From: an uncultured Alphaproteobacteria bacterium
Lineage (GTDB): Bacteria; Pseudomonadota; Alphaproteobacteria; Rhizobiales; Hyphomicrobiaceae
Direction: 5' to 3'
DNA: 64,000 nt
NCBI GenBank assembly: GCA_963745205.1
Contig: CAVUWX010000004.1
Coordinates: 125,339 to 189,338 of the forward strand
The notes under the pieces were generated by a model. The model was not told where the DNA came from. It did no database searches and worked only from the letters and a program-made list of their open reading frames with translations. Shown one piece after another: positions 18,824 to 27,392 of this stretch; position 1 is the stretch's first letter, and each line of letters begins with the position of its first letter. The position numbers and the translations under genes are program-made.

Positions 18824-18926
18824 GATTGCCCGCCTCACAACGCGTCCGGGGCACACCAATACGATCCTTTCTGGCGCGCGAAAATGCTGAAATCCAGTGA
18901 ACCGCGATCTGGCACATAGAGAATTC

Positions 18927-20030
18927 ATGGTGACGCGGAAATCGATCCGAAACGCCCTGGGAGCCCTTGGACTTGCCGCGGGCGCCATCGTGGTCGGGCT
19001 TCTTGCCCATAATGGTTATATTACCGCCGCCACGCCTATGGATGGCGCGCTCAGCGCGCTTTTCGTTGCTGCCACTGCGATGGCAGGCATCGCCGGACCC
19101 GCCGTCGCGCTGCGTCTTGCCCTATCGTCTCTCAGATTCGCGAAACTTTGGGGTGCGCTCGCCAGCGCGCTCGCAGCCGCCGCGCTCCTCGCAACTCTCG
19201 GCAACTCGCTTGGCGCCATCGCAAGCCACGCCGAGCGCGTCCACGTGGCCGAGGCTCGCCGCAATGACGAAGCGGCTCTCGCGCGGGTGACGGCTGAGCG
19301 CGCAGCCCTGCAATTCAATCCCACGAGCAAGGCTGCCGTTGCCGAAGCGCGCGAGGCCATGCTGGCTGCTGAAACCAAGCGTATTGAAGAGTGCGGCGGA
19401 CGGGGCGCTCATTGCCAAGAGTTCGCGGCCGCGGTAGCGGCCAAGCGCGATGCGTTCGCGGTTGTACTCAAGGACCGGGCCGCCGCTGAGCGCGCCGAGA
19501 CGCTCGACGCAGAAGCCGCCGGCATCCAGGCGCGGCTCAATGCTGCTCCTGCGGTGCGGGTGCAACCTCAGCCGGCGGTGGTCGAGCAAATCTTCAGGGC
19601 GCCCGAAGCCGGTTCCGTCGCACGGCCGTACGTCACCAAGGTCGCCGCGATCGGACTCTTGATTGCCTTCTTTCTTGTCGGATGGGTGCTGCTTGGCGCA
19701 CGGCCGAGCAAGACCGAAGTTATCCACGAAGCCATCCGCACGGTCCCGGTTGTCACAACCAAACGCGAGCCCGCCGGCAGCGGCGACTTGGCAATCTTCG
19801 TGCAGGACTGCATGCGGCCAGCGGGCGGCGAAACCGTGGAGCTGCGCATGCTCTACTCGCGGTTCCTCGAATGGTGTGACGCCCAACAACTGTCACCATT
19901 GCCGCCCAAGAAGTTTTCCGAAGCGTTCATAAAGCGCTGCGAGGAAGCGCACATCGACGTGCGCTGCGAGGGAACGAACGTGCTTTGTCTCGACGTGCGA
20001 TTGGCACCGGTCGAATTGTGGCATCGGTAG
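18927..20030 (+). CDS. Hypothetical multi-TM / coiled-coil protein with C-terminal winged-helix-like domain
   Basis: Three N-terminal hydrophobic helices, Ala-rich coiled coil with ECGGRGAHC, a fourth TM, then DLAIFVQDCM...ELRMLYSRFLEWCDAQQLSPLPPKKFSEAF. An alternative GTG start lies at 18897. Confidence 0.7.
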   Translation: MVTRKSIRNALGALGLAAGAIVVGLLAHNGYITAATPMDGALSALFVAATAMAGIAGPAVALRLALSSLRFAKLWGALASALAAAALLATLGNSLGAIASHAERVHVAEARRNDEAALARVTAERAALQFNPTSKAAVAEAREAMLAAETKRIEECGGRGAHCQEFAAAVAAKRDAFAVVLKDRAAAERAETLDAEAAGIQARLNAAPAVRVQPQPAVVEQIFRAPEAGSVARPYVTKVAAIGLLIAFFLVGWVLLGARPSKTEVIHEAIRTVPVVTTKREPAGSGDLAIFVQDCMRPAGGETVELRMLYSRFLEWCDAQQLSPLPPKKFSEAFIKRCEEAHIDVRCEGTNVLCLDVRLAPVELWHR

Positions 20031-20142
20031 CGTCTCAGGTTCCCCGCCACAGCGAAAGTGCAGCCTCCGCAGCACTAACCAGGAGGTGGCGCCGGGCTCA
20101 CCCGGCGCCCGTAGTGCAGGTCGTCGCTAGCGAGACCCTTGT

Positions 20143-20493
20143 TTAGACACGCGGCTCGGCTGCCTTGATCTCCGTCGCGCTGAGCCAGGTATCCCAGTCG
20201 GCCGCGGTCCAAGCGGACAAGCGGCGCCAGTCGAACGTATACCCGAGCCGCTTTCTCGCGATCACGCTGGCGACGTAGTCGAAGGCCGCGTCCAAGCTCG
20301 CGCCCGGCTGTCTCTTGGCCATGGCGGCCGCAAGCTTCCGGATGACCGTCTCCTCGTCCTGAGAGAGTTGGAAGCGGATGCCGCTCAAGTTGTCGAAAAC
20401 CCACGGGCGCGTACCCGAACGCCACCGGTGCGGAGCCTTGAAACTGATCGCCGCTTTATGAAGAAAGCTTGGAGCTTCGTATTTGAATCGCAT
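20143..20493 (-). CDS. Hypothetical protein
   Basis: 116-aa ATG-initiated ORF with non-shadow composition (Trp/Phe-rich). Confidence 0.55.
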   Translation of the reverse strand: MRFKYEAPSFLHKAAISFKAPHRWRSGTRPWVFDNLSGIRFQLSQDEETVIRKLAAAMAKRQPGASLDAAFDYVASVIARKRLGYTFDWRRLSAWTAADWDTWLSATEIKAAEPRV

Positions 20494-20670
20494 TGCCGAC
20501 CCCCGTCGAGCTGAAGTGAAGTACCCGCTCGACCATGTACCTGACTGACAAGATGGGCAATTCGTGGGCTCGTATGCTCAATTCGTGCAATTGGCTTGGT
20601 GAGATGCGATCAGGCGCATCGAAATCCGCGGTCGCCGACCCGGCGATGCGCGATCATGCGTTGCGGGAAT

Positions 20671-20988
20671 ATGCATATCGACACTGCGTATTTTGCGGCG
20701 GAACCGACCGATGCTACGTTCGTTGACGGTTGGGAGAGGGGATCCTGGAGACTGCTCCTCAGGGAGGAAGCGATGAGGATCCAAAAGTTGGTGAGCCGCG
20801 GCGGCAAAGATCAGCGCGATCTGACTGCTCGTCAACAAGCCGTGCTGTCCGCCGCCGTGACCGACGAGCGCCACACTGCCTGGGCTCTCGAGATGCTCGG
20901 GCGGCGCAACGCCGTTGCGCGCTGGCGAGGCCAGCCCGGCTGCTCCGTCCGCGACGTTATGCGGGCTCTCGACGCGCTACCGGCCTGA
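20671..20988 (+). CDS. Hypothetical protein
   Basis: GGGA before the ATG; MHIDTAYFAAEPTDATFVDGWERGSWRLLL... Confidence 0.5.
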   Translation: MHIDTAYFAAEPTDATFVDGWERGSWRLLLREEAMRIQKLVSRGGKDQRDLTARQQAVLSAAVTDERHTAWALEMLGRRNAVARWRGQPGCSVRDVMRALDALPA

Positions 20989-21264
20989 CCTCGCGCGCCC
21001 CACCTTTTCCTTCGGCTCCTTCGGCGCGGAGGGAGGGTTTGCGCCGCGCGCGATCTTCTGCTTCACGTGGGCCGCGAGCTCGTTGACGAGCTCCGCGTCG
21101 ACCAATGGGGCCTGCCGGTTGGCCGGGCGGTCCGGGATGAGCCCCGTCGGCTCTCCGATTGTCACCGGGTCGCTGGCGGGAAATGTCTGCTCTAGGGCGT
21201 TGTCGAGCTGCCGCTCGAGCTCCGCCCTCGGGGGTTTCTGATCGACCCCTGACTGTCTTGGCAT
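20977..21264 (-). CDS. Small FPASDP-motif protein
   Basis: ELERQLDNALEQTFPASDPVTIGEP; preceded by a general-stress-type promoter. Confidence 0.75.
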   Translation of the reverse strand: MPRQSGVDQKPPRAELERQLDNALEQTFPASDPVTIGEPTGLIPDRPANRQAPLVDAELVNELAAHVKQKIARGANPPSAPKEPKEKVGRARSGR

Positions 21265-21296
21265 GCTTGTCACCATTGGCTTGCGGTCGGCTCTAG

Positions 21297-21322
21297 AACG
21301 CCCGGCTCTGCACATCCGTTCC
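21297..21322 (-). promoter_or_regulatory. EcfG/SigT (general stress response) promoter
   Basis: Minus strand GGAAC-N17-CGTT, an exact match to the alphaproteobacterial EcfG consensus, about 30 nt before the FPASDP gene. Confidence 0.75.
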
Positions 21323-21440
21323 GGTGCCGGCTCTTAGGGGATCAAATTGAATAAATTCTGCGCTCCGTCGTCAAACCGGATTTTAGGCGCTGCTGAAAGG
21401 CTTGAGGTACGACACACTGGCATTCCTCGGATTGTGCCAC

Positions 21441-21776
21441 ATGGCGCGAGCTCACGTCAGACAGCTGCCGCCGTCCGCCGAGCCCCATCTTTCGGAGCGG
21501 CGATCGTTCGCCCGCCACAAGGCGAGGTGGGATGCTGTCGTCTACATCCATGGACGGTTTCAGAACGTCATCATTCACAACATCTCGCGCAGCGGCATGA
21601 AGCTCAAGAACGCGTTCGGCCTCGTCCCCGGAGACCTGGTGGTGGTCGAGCTTTTGTCCCACCGCGCATTCGATGGAACGGTCATGTGGTCGGTTGCCCC
21701 TTACACCGGCATTGCGTTCACGGAATTTTTGTCCGAGGACGACCCTGTGCTCGTCGGCAACAGATGGATTTTGTGA
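21441..21776 (+). CDS. Stand-alone PilZ-domain protein
   Basis: ERRSFAR (RxxxR) and NISRSG (D/NxSxxG) c-di-GMP motifs; GTVMWS...GIAF. Confidence 0.8.
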   Translation: MARAHVRQLPPSAEPHLSERRSFARHKARWDAVVYIHGRFQNVIIHNISRSGMKLKNAFGLVPGDLVVVELLSHRAFDGTVMWSVAPYTGIAFTEFLSEDDPVLVGNRWIL

Positions 21777-21829
21777 GGGCCGGCGGTGCGGGCTGAAAGC
21801 CTGCGCGAGGTCGCGCCCACCGGAGCTGC

Positions 21830-22876
21830 TCAATCCGGGCAGGGAACGGAGATCGTCATGTTGGCGATCGCGTCGTAGCGCCGGCACTCGTGCCTGCCGG
21901 GTGGCGCCTGCTCGACCTTCTTCTCGGGTTCGGCCGGCTTCTGCGCCTCCGGCTCCGGTGCCTTCGCCGCCGGCGCGGGCGGCGGCTCCACGATCGGCGA
22001 GGCCGCGGGTGCCGCGGGGGCGGCCCGGTCCGTGCGCGCCGCCATCTTCTCTGACAGGGCCGCCTTGCGCTCGACGTAGTACTCGTCGCCGGGCTTCAGG
22101 CTGATCAGCTTGTCGTAGTCGGCGATCGCGCGATCCAACTGACCCATTTTCTCGTACAGGTTGGCACGGTTGATGTAGGGGGAGATTGACGTGGGATCGA
22201 CCTCGGCGGCGCGCGTCAAGTCCGCGATCGCTTTGTCGGTTTCTCCGCGCTTGTCGTAGATGTCAGCCCGCAGCAGATAGGGGTTGGCCTCGTCGCCCTT
22301 CACCGAGATTGCCTTCTCGAGGTCGGGAAGGGCCTCGTCCGTCCTGCCGCGTTTCGCGAGTTCGGTGGCCCGCTGATAGAGATACCAATAGTCGGTAGGT
22401 TTGAGCGCAATCCCCTGCGCGAGATCGGCAAAGCCGCGGGCTTCGTCTTTCTTGTCCAGCCACGACAATCCCCGAAAGAACATCGCGTGAGCGTCGTCTG
22501 GCTTGGCCACGAGGACGGCGTCGAAATCCTTGATGGCCCGGTCGTATTGCGCCTCGAAGTACAACAGAAAGGCCCGATCCTTGCGCCATTCGACTTGGCT
22601 CGGGTCAAGAGCGAGCGCCTGGTCGAAGTCGGCAATAGCGTCGGCGGGGCGATGATCCTCTGAGGCCCAATTGGCGCGCTTTGCGTAGGCCTCCGCGCGC
22701 TGCGCGGAGGCAAAGCTCTTTCCTGCGATGACCCGATCGCAGGCGCCCCGGCGATTTGCCTGGTCGGTTTCGTCTTTGCCGAGCCGCCAGTACTGGCAAT
22801 CATCTTCATCGGAGGCGTTCGCCGGGCTGCACAGCAGCAGGACGGCCAGCAGGAAGTGACAGCGTCGCATGTCCAC
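21830..22876 (-). CDS. Exported tetratricopeptide-repeat protein
   Basis: Signal peptide; repeated AIADFDQAL/AIKDFDAVL/AIADLTRAA/AIADYDKLI TPR units; Pro/Ala linker. Confidence 0.88.
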   Translation of the reverse strand: MDMRRCHFLLAVLLLCSPANASDEDDCQYWRLGKDETDQANRRGACDRVIAGKSFASAQRAEAYAKRANWASEDHRPADAIADFDQALALDPSQVEWRKDRAFLLYFEAQYDRAIKDFDAVLVAKPDDAHAMFFRGLSWLDKKDEARGFADLAQGIALKPTDYWYLYQRATELAKRGRTDEALPDLEKAISVKGDEANPYLLRADIYDKRGETDKAIADLTRAAEVDPTSISPYINRANLYEKMGQLDRAIADYDKLISLKPGDEYYVERKAALSEKMAARTDRAAPAAPAASPIVEPPPAPAAKAPEPEAQKPAEPEKKVEQAPPGRHECRRYDAIANMTISVPCPD

Positions 22877-22959
22877 TCCGTTGGATGGTGCACGAAGTAT
22901 CGTGTCGGAGCGGGTCCGACGTCAATGGACGCCCGCCCGGTGCAACGCGATTGCCCGCA

Positions 22960-24771
22960 TCAGCCGCCTTCGACCTCCTCGCGCAGGATCTCAAGCCGCA
23001 GCCATTTTTCCTCGGCGGCAGCCAATTCCGCCTGTGCGTCGGTGAGGCGGGCAGATGTCTCGGCGAACAGCTTGCGGTCGCGGGCATAGAGACCAGGATC
23101 GTCGAGTGTCAGCCGCAGCGCGCCGATGCTCTCCTGCAGCGCCGCGATCTCGGCGGGCAGCGTTGCGAGCGCATGCTTCTCGTGAAAGCTCAAGCGCCGC
23201 TTGGCGGGCTCCGCTGCACGCGGCGAGGCCGCTCGATCTCGGCTCTCCGCCTTCACTTTGGGCACACGGACCGGCGCCGGGCCACCGCCGCGCTGCGCCA
23301 GCATCTCGCTATAACCGCCGGCGTACTCGGTCCAGCGCCCGTCGCCCGAGGGCACGATGACGGCGTGCACGACGCGGTCGAGGAAATCGCGATCGTGGCT
23401 GATCAGCAGCACGGTACCGGAATAGTCGGCGAGCATTTCCTCCAGCACGTCGAGCGTCTCCATATCGAGGTCGTTGGTCGGCTCGTCGAGCACCAGCACG
23501 TTCGACGGCTTGGCGAGCGCCCGCGCCAGCATGAGCCGCCCGCGCTCCCCGCCGGAGAGGACCCGCAGCGGCGTCCTCGCCTGCTCGGCCTCGAACAGGA
23601 AATCCTTCATGTAGGCGACGACGTGCTTGGCCCGTCCGCCGACGTCGACATGGTCGCCGCGCCCGCCCGTCAGCGCCTGGCTCAGCGTCCAATCGGGGTT
23701 GAGGCTGTCGCGGTTTTGCTCGAGCGTCGCCATCTCGATGCGGGCGCCGAGGCGCACCTCATCTTCGTCGGGCGTAAGCTGGCCGGTGAGCAGATTGACA
23801 AGCGTCGTCTTGCCGCTGCCGTTGGGGCCGACGATGCCGATGCGGTCACCACGCATCACCCGACAAGAGAACTTGTCGACGATCTTGCGCGTGCCGAAAG
23901 ACTTCGAGATCGCTTTGGCGTCGATGACGAGCGCGCCCGATTTCTCCGCTTGCGCGGCCTCGATCGTCGCCGTGCCCGCGCCGCCGCGGTGCTCGCGCCG
24001 CTTCTGCCGCAGCGCCCGTAGCTCCGCCATGCGCCGTACATTGCGCTTGCGCCGCGCGGTGACGCCGTAGCGCACCCAGTGCTCCTCGGCGACGATTTTG
24101 CGGTCAAGCTTGTGCTGCTGCATCTCCTCCTCGGCGAGCGTCTCGTCGCGCCAGGCCTCGAACGCGGAAAAGCCGAGCTCGATGCGGCGTGCCTTGCCGC
24201 GATCGAGCCAGACGGTGGTGCGCGTGAGGTTCTCCAGGAAGCGGCGGTCGTGGCTGATGAGCACGAGTGCGCCGCGCATGCTGGCGAGCGTTGCTTCGAG
24301 CCATTCGATTGCCGGCAGGTCGAGGTGGTTGGTCGGTTCATCCAGCAGCAGGATGTCGGGCGCCGGCGCCAGCACGTGCGCGAGCGCGGCGCGGCGGGCT
24401 TCGCCGCCAGACAGCCGCGCGGGGTTCTCCTCGCCGGTGAGGCCGAGCTGCTGCAGGAGATAGCGCGCCTGGTGCGGATCGTCGCTTGGCCCGAGACCCG
24501 CTTCGACGTACGCGAGCGTGGTGGCATATGCGGAAAGATCCGGCTCCTGCGCCAGGTAGCGGACGCTCGCACCCGGCTGCACGAAGCGGCGGCCACGGTC
24601 GGGCTCGATCAGGCCCGCCGCGATCCCCATAAGCGTCGACTTGCCCGAGCCGTTGCGCCCGACAAGGCACACGCGCTCGGCCGCGGAAACGGAAAGCTCG
24701 ACGCCGTCGAGCAGCGGCGTTGAGCCGAACGTGAGCGCGACATCGCTGAGCTGGAGGAGGGGCGGCGGCAT
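22960..24771 (-). CDS. uup: ABC-F family ATP-binding protein (Uup-like)
   Basis: Two NBDs (GRNGSGKST / LSGGE / LLLDEPTNHLD and GPNGSGKTT / LSGGE / LVLDEPTNDLD), no TM, C-terminal coiled coil. Confidence 0.85.
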   Translation of the reverse strand: MPPPLLQLSDVALTFGSTPLLDGVELSVSAAERVCLVGRNGSGKSTLMGIAAGLIEPDRGRRFVQPGASVRYLAQEPDLSAYATTLAYVEAGLGPSDDPHQARYLLQQLGLTGEENPARLSGGEARRAALAHVLAPAPDILLLDEPTNHLDLPAIEWLEATLASMRGALVLISHDRRFLENLTRTTVWLDRGKARRIELGFSAFEAWRDETLAEEEMQQHKLDRKIVAEEHWVRYGVTARRKRNVRRMAELRALRQKRREHRGGAGTATIEAAQAEKSGALVIDAKAISKSFGTRKIVDKFSCRVMRGDRIGIVGPNGSGKTTLVNLLTGQLTPDEDEVRLGARIEMATLEQNRDSLNPDWTLSQALTGGRGDHVDVGGRAKHVVAYMKDFLFEAEQARTPLRVLSGGERGRLMLARALAKPSNVLVLDEPTNDLDMETLDVLEEMLADYSGTVLLISHDRDFLDRVVHAVIVPSGDGRWTEYAGGYSEMLAQRGGGPAPVRVPKVKAESRDRAASPRAAEPAKRRLSFHEKHALATLPAEIAALQESIGALRLTLDDPGLYARDRKLFAETSARLTDAQAELAAAEEKWLRLEILREEVEGG

Positions 24772-24956
24772 TTGCGATGGCTTGAGGAGGTGACGACACG
24801 AGCGAAGCTGAAGGCCGCCCTTGTGGGGGCCAAGTGCGCAAACGTCAATCATAGCGTCGAGGCATCGACCCGCGGCTGTTTCGCTTTCTGCAGGCGCGAT
24901 GGGGCTCCTGCGTCTCGGGCTCGCGCCGCTGCCCGCGCCGTGCTAGAGCGCCCGCC

Positions 24957-26354
24957 ATGACAAGCGCGCAGAAATCCAAGTTCCGAGAAGCTAAGGCCCG
25001 AGAGTCCAAGACTGCGGCCGCCTCAAAGTTGGCGGCCAGGCGGGCTGCCGCGCCTACCGTCGGCTTTGTCTCGCTCGGCTGCCCCAAGGCGCTGGTCGAC
25101 AGCGAGCGCATCCTGACGAAGTTGCGTGCCGAGGGCTATCAGGTCGCTCCCGACTACGCCGGCGCCGACGTCGTCGTGGTCAACACCTGCGGCTTCCTCA
25201 ATTCCGCCAAGGCCGAGAGCCTCGCCGCGATCGGGGAGGCGATCGCGGAGAACGGCCGCGTCATCGTGACGGGCTGCATGGGCGTGGAGGAATCCCGCAT
25301 CCGCGCCGAGCACCCCGAGGTGCTCGCCGTCACCGGCCCGCATCAGTACGAGCAGGTCGTCGCCGCCGTGCACGACGCAGTGCCGCCGCTGCACGATCCT
25401 TATCTCGACCTCGTTCCGCCCGAAGGCCTGCGCCTCACGCCGCGCCACTACGCGTACTTGAAGATCTCCGAGGGCTGCAACAACCGCTGCTCGTTCTGCA
25501 TCATCCCGAGCCTGCGCGGCGACTTGCAGAGCCGCCCGTCTGCGCACGTGATGACGGAGGCGGAGCGCCTCGTGAAGGCGGGCGTAAAGGAGCTGCTCGT
25601 CATCAGCCAGGACACCAGCGCCTACGGCCTCGACCTCAAGTACGCCGCGAGCCCGTGGAGGGGCGCGAGCCTGCCCGCGCGTTTTCAGGACCTGTGCGCG
25701 GCGCTGGGTGAGCTCGGCGCCTGGGTGCGCCTCCATTACGTCTATCCCTATCCGCACGTTGACGGCGTCATCCCGCTGATGGCGGAGGGCAAGATCCTCC
25801 CCTACCTCGACATCCCCTTCCAGCACGCCTCGCCGGCGGTCTTGAAGGCGATGCGCCGCCCCGCCGCGCAGGAAAAGACCCTCGAGCGGCTCGCCCGCTG
25901 GCGGCAGATGTGCCCCGACATCGCCATCCGCTCGACCTTCATCGTCGGCTTTCCCGGCGAGACGGAGGAGGATTTCTGCCTGCTGCTCGACTGGCTGCGC
26001 GAGGCGAAGCTCGCGCGGACGGGGTGCTTCCGCTACGAGCCGGTGGAAGGTGCCAAGGCCAACGCGCTCCCCGGCGCGGTTCCCGAGGCGGTCAAGGACG
26101 AGCGCTGGCACCGCTTCATGGCGGTGGCGCAGGAGGTGAGCGCGGCGCGGCTATCTGGTCTCGTCGGACGCGAGATCGACGTGATCGTGGATGAGGTCGA
26201 TGCCGACGGCGCGCTTGGCCGCTCGATGTGGGACGCGCCCGAGATCGACGGCTCAGTCTTCCTCAACGGCGATACGGACGTGAAGCCGGGCGACATCCTC
26301 AAAGCGCGCGTTGCGCACGCGGACGAGTACGACCTGTGGGCCGAACGGGGGTAG
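24957..26354 (+). CDS. rimO: Ribosomal protein S12 methylthiotransferase
   Basis: [40 protein letters not shown] radical SAM motif, C-terminal TRAM domain. Confidence 0.97.
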   Translation: MTSAQKSKFREAKARESKTAAASKLAARRAAAPTVGFVSLGCPKALVDSERILTKLRAEGYQVAPDYAGADVVVVNTCGFLNSAKAESLAAIGEAIAENGRVIVTGCMGVEESRIRAEHPEVLAVTGPHQYEQVVAAVHDAVPPLHDPYLDLVPPEGLRLTPRHYAYLKISEGCNNRCSFCIIPSLRGDLQSRPSAHVMTEAERLVKAGVKELLVISQDTSAYGLDLKYAASPWRGASLPARFQDLCAALGELGAWVRLHYVYPYPHVDGVIPLMAEGKILPYLDIPFQHASPAVLKAMRRPAAQEKTLERLARWRQMCPDIAIRSTFIVGFPGETEEDFCLLLDWLREAKLARTGCFRYEPVEGAKANALPGAVPEAVKDERWHRFMAVAQEVSAARLSGLVGREIDVIVDEVDADGALGRSMWDAPEIDGSVFLNGDTDVKPGDILKARVAHADEYDLWAERG

Positions 26355-26458
26355 GGGTCTGATGGGGGGCCAGGGGCGTCGTCCCTTGTCAGCTATCATG
26401 TCGGCTTTGAAGTTTAGGATGACTAGCTCTACAACGCAGGCCAACGGAGGATATTTTC

Positions 26459-26575
26459 ATGCCCACGATGTCGGACTCGCGCCGTAAGCGCATCCAAGCC
26501 AAACAACGCAAGGCGACGAATGCTAGGAAGCGAGTGGCCAAGGTAGCAAAACGCGAACGCAATAAAGCTAGTTGA
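26459..26575 (+). CDS. Small basic protein (38 aa), below the ORF-track cutoff
   Basis: GGAGG RBS 8 nt before the ATG; MPTMSDSRRKRIQAKQRKATNARKRVAKVAKRERNKAS*; 15 of 38 residues are K/R. Confidence 0.6.
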   Translation: MPTMSDSRRKRIQAKQRKATNARKRVAKVAKRERNKAS

Positions 26576-26639
26576 TGTAGCCTGCAAAGACGCACGCGGC
26601 GCGCGGCCGCTCATGGCCCGAAGCAGGCTCATGCGCGCG

Positions 26640-27242
26640 TCACGAAAGATGCGCCGCAGCCACCATGATGAATGTCACAGGCAGCGCAAGGACGAGATTG
26701 AGACGCGCGTACCGTTTTACGGTCTGACGCGCGCTCGCCTGCGTTTGCGCATCGGTTGCCGAATGCCCCAGCACGACCTTTAAGCTCGGCCAGATCACAA
26801 AGTTCAGAGAGCCCCACATGAGAACGCCGCCAAGGGCACCGAGCCCGAGCATGAACGCGCGTGGCTCCGGCATGTAGACGGCAGACGAGAACACCCATCC
26901 CCCGAGCACATACCCCGTGGCCACCAGGAGCAACGCGCCCGATAGCACGGTCAGGTGCGAGGCGTGCCGAAGTACCGTTGCAACGCGTGGCACAATCCAC
27001 GTGGACATGGCGCTTCGGGAGGCGTCGTCCGCTTCCTGCAGGACACGAAGCTGAATGAAATTCACAAAAACGATGAGGCCAACCCAGCTCATCGCGGAGA
27101 GGACATGGACGAAGCGCAAGACAACCGAGATGAGTCCCCGTGGATCTACCGGTCCTAGCAACAGCCACGCCACCAGCGCGAAGCTCGCAAGGACAAGGCC
27201 CAGAGCTGCCGCCTTTGTGGGACTATCAAGCAAAGCGTTCAT
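26640..27242 (-). CDS. Membrane protein resembling the urate hydroxylase PuuD membrane domain
   Basis: LRFVHVLSAMSWVGLIVFVNFIQL...WIVPRVATVLRHASHLTVLSG pattern; about 5 TMs. Confidence 0.55.
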   Translation of the reverse strand: MNALLDSPTKAAALGLVLASFALVAWLLLGPVDPRGLISVVLRFVHVLSAMSWVGLIVFVNFIQLRVLQEADDASRSAMSTWIVPRVATVLRHASHLTVLSGALLLVATGYVLGGWVFSSAVYMPEPRAFMLGLGALGGVLMWGSLNFVIWPSLKVVLGHSATDAQTQASARQTVKRYARLNLVLALPVTFIMVAAAHLS

Positions 27243-27392
27243 TCTGACACTCCAGCGTTTCCCGCGCGGCCATCTCACGCGCAGCGGCTCATGCTATCTA
27301 CACTCGCTGGCGAGCAAAGCGTACACATTCGATTGTGCTGGGGATTGTTCTGGGGATTGTGCTGGCTTGAACGGCTCCGCCACGCGGCGTGC

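Noticed and set aside
20035-20055. CCCCGCCA as attR copy of the tRNA-Ser 3' end
   Set aside because: Only about 6-8 nt match in GC-rich DNA and no integrase; not significant.
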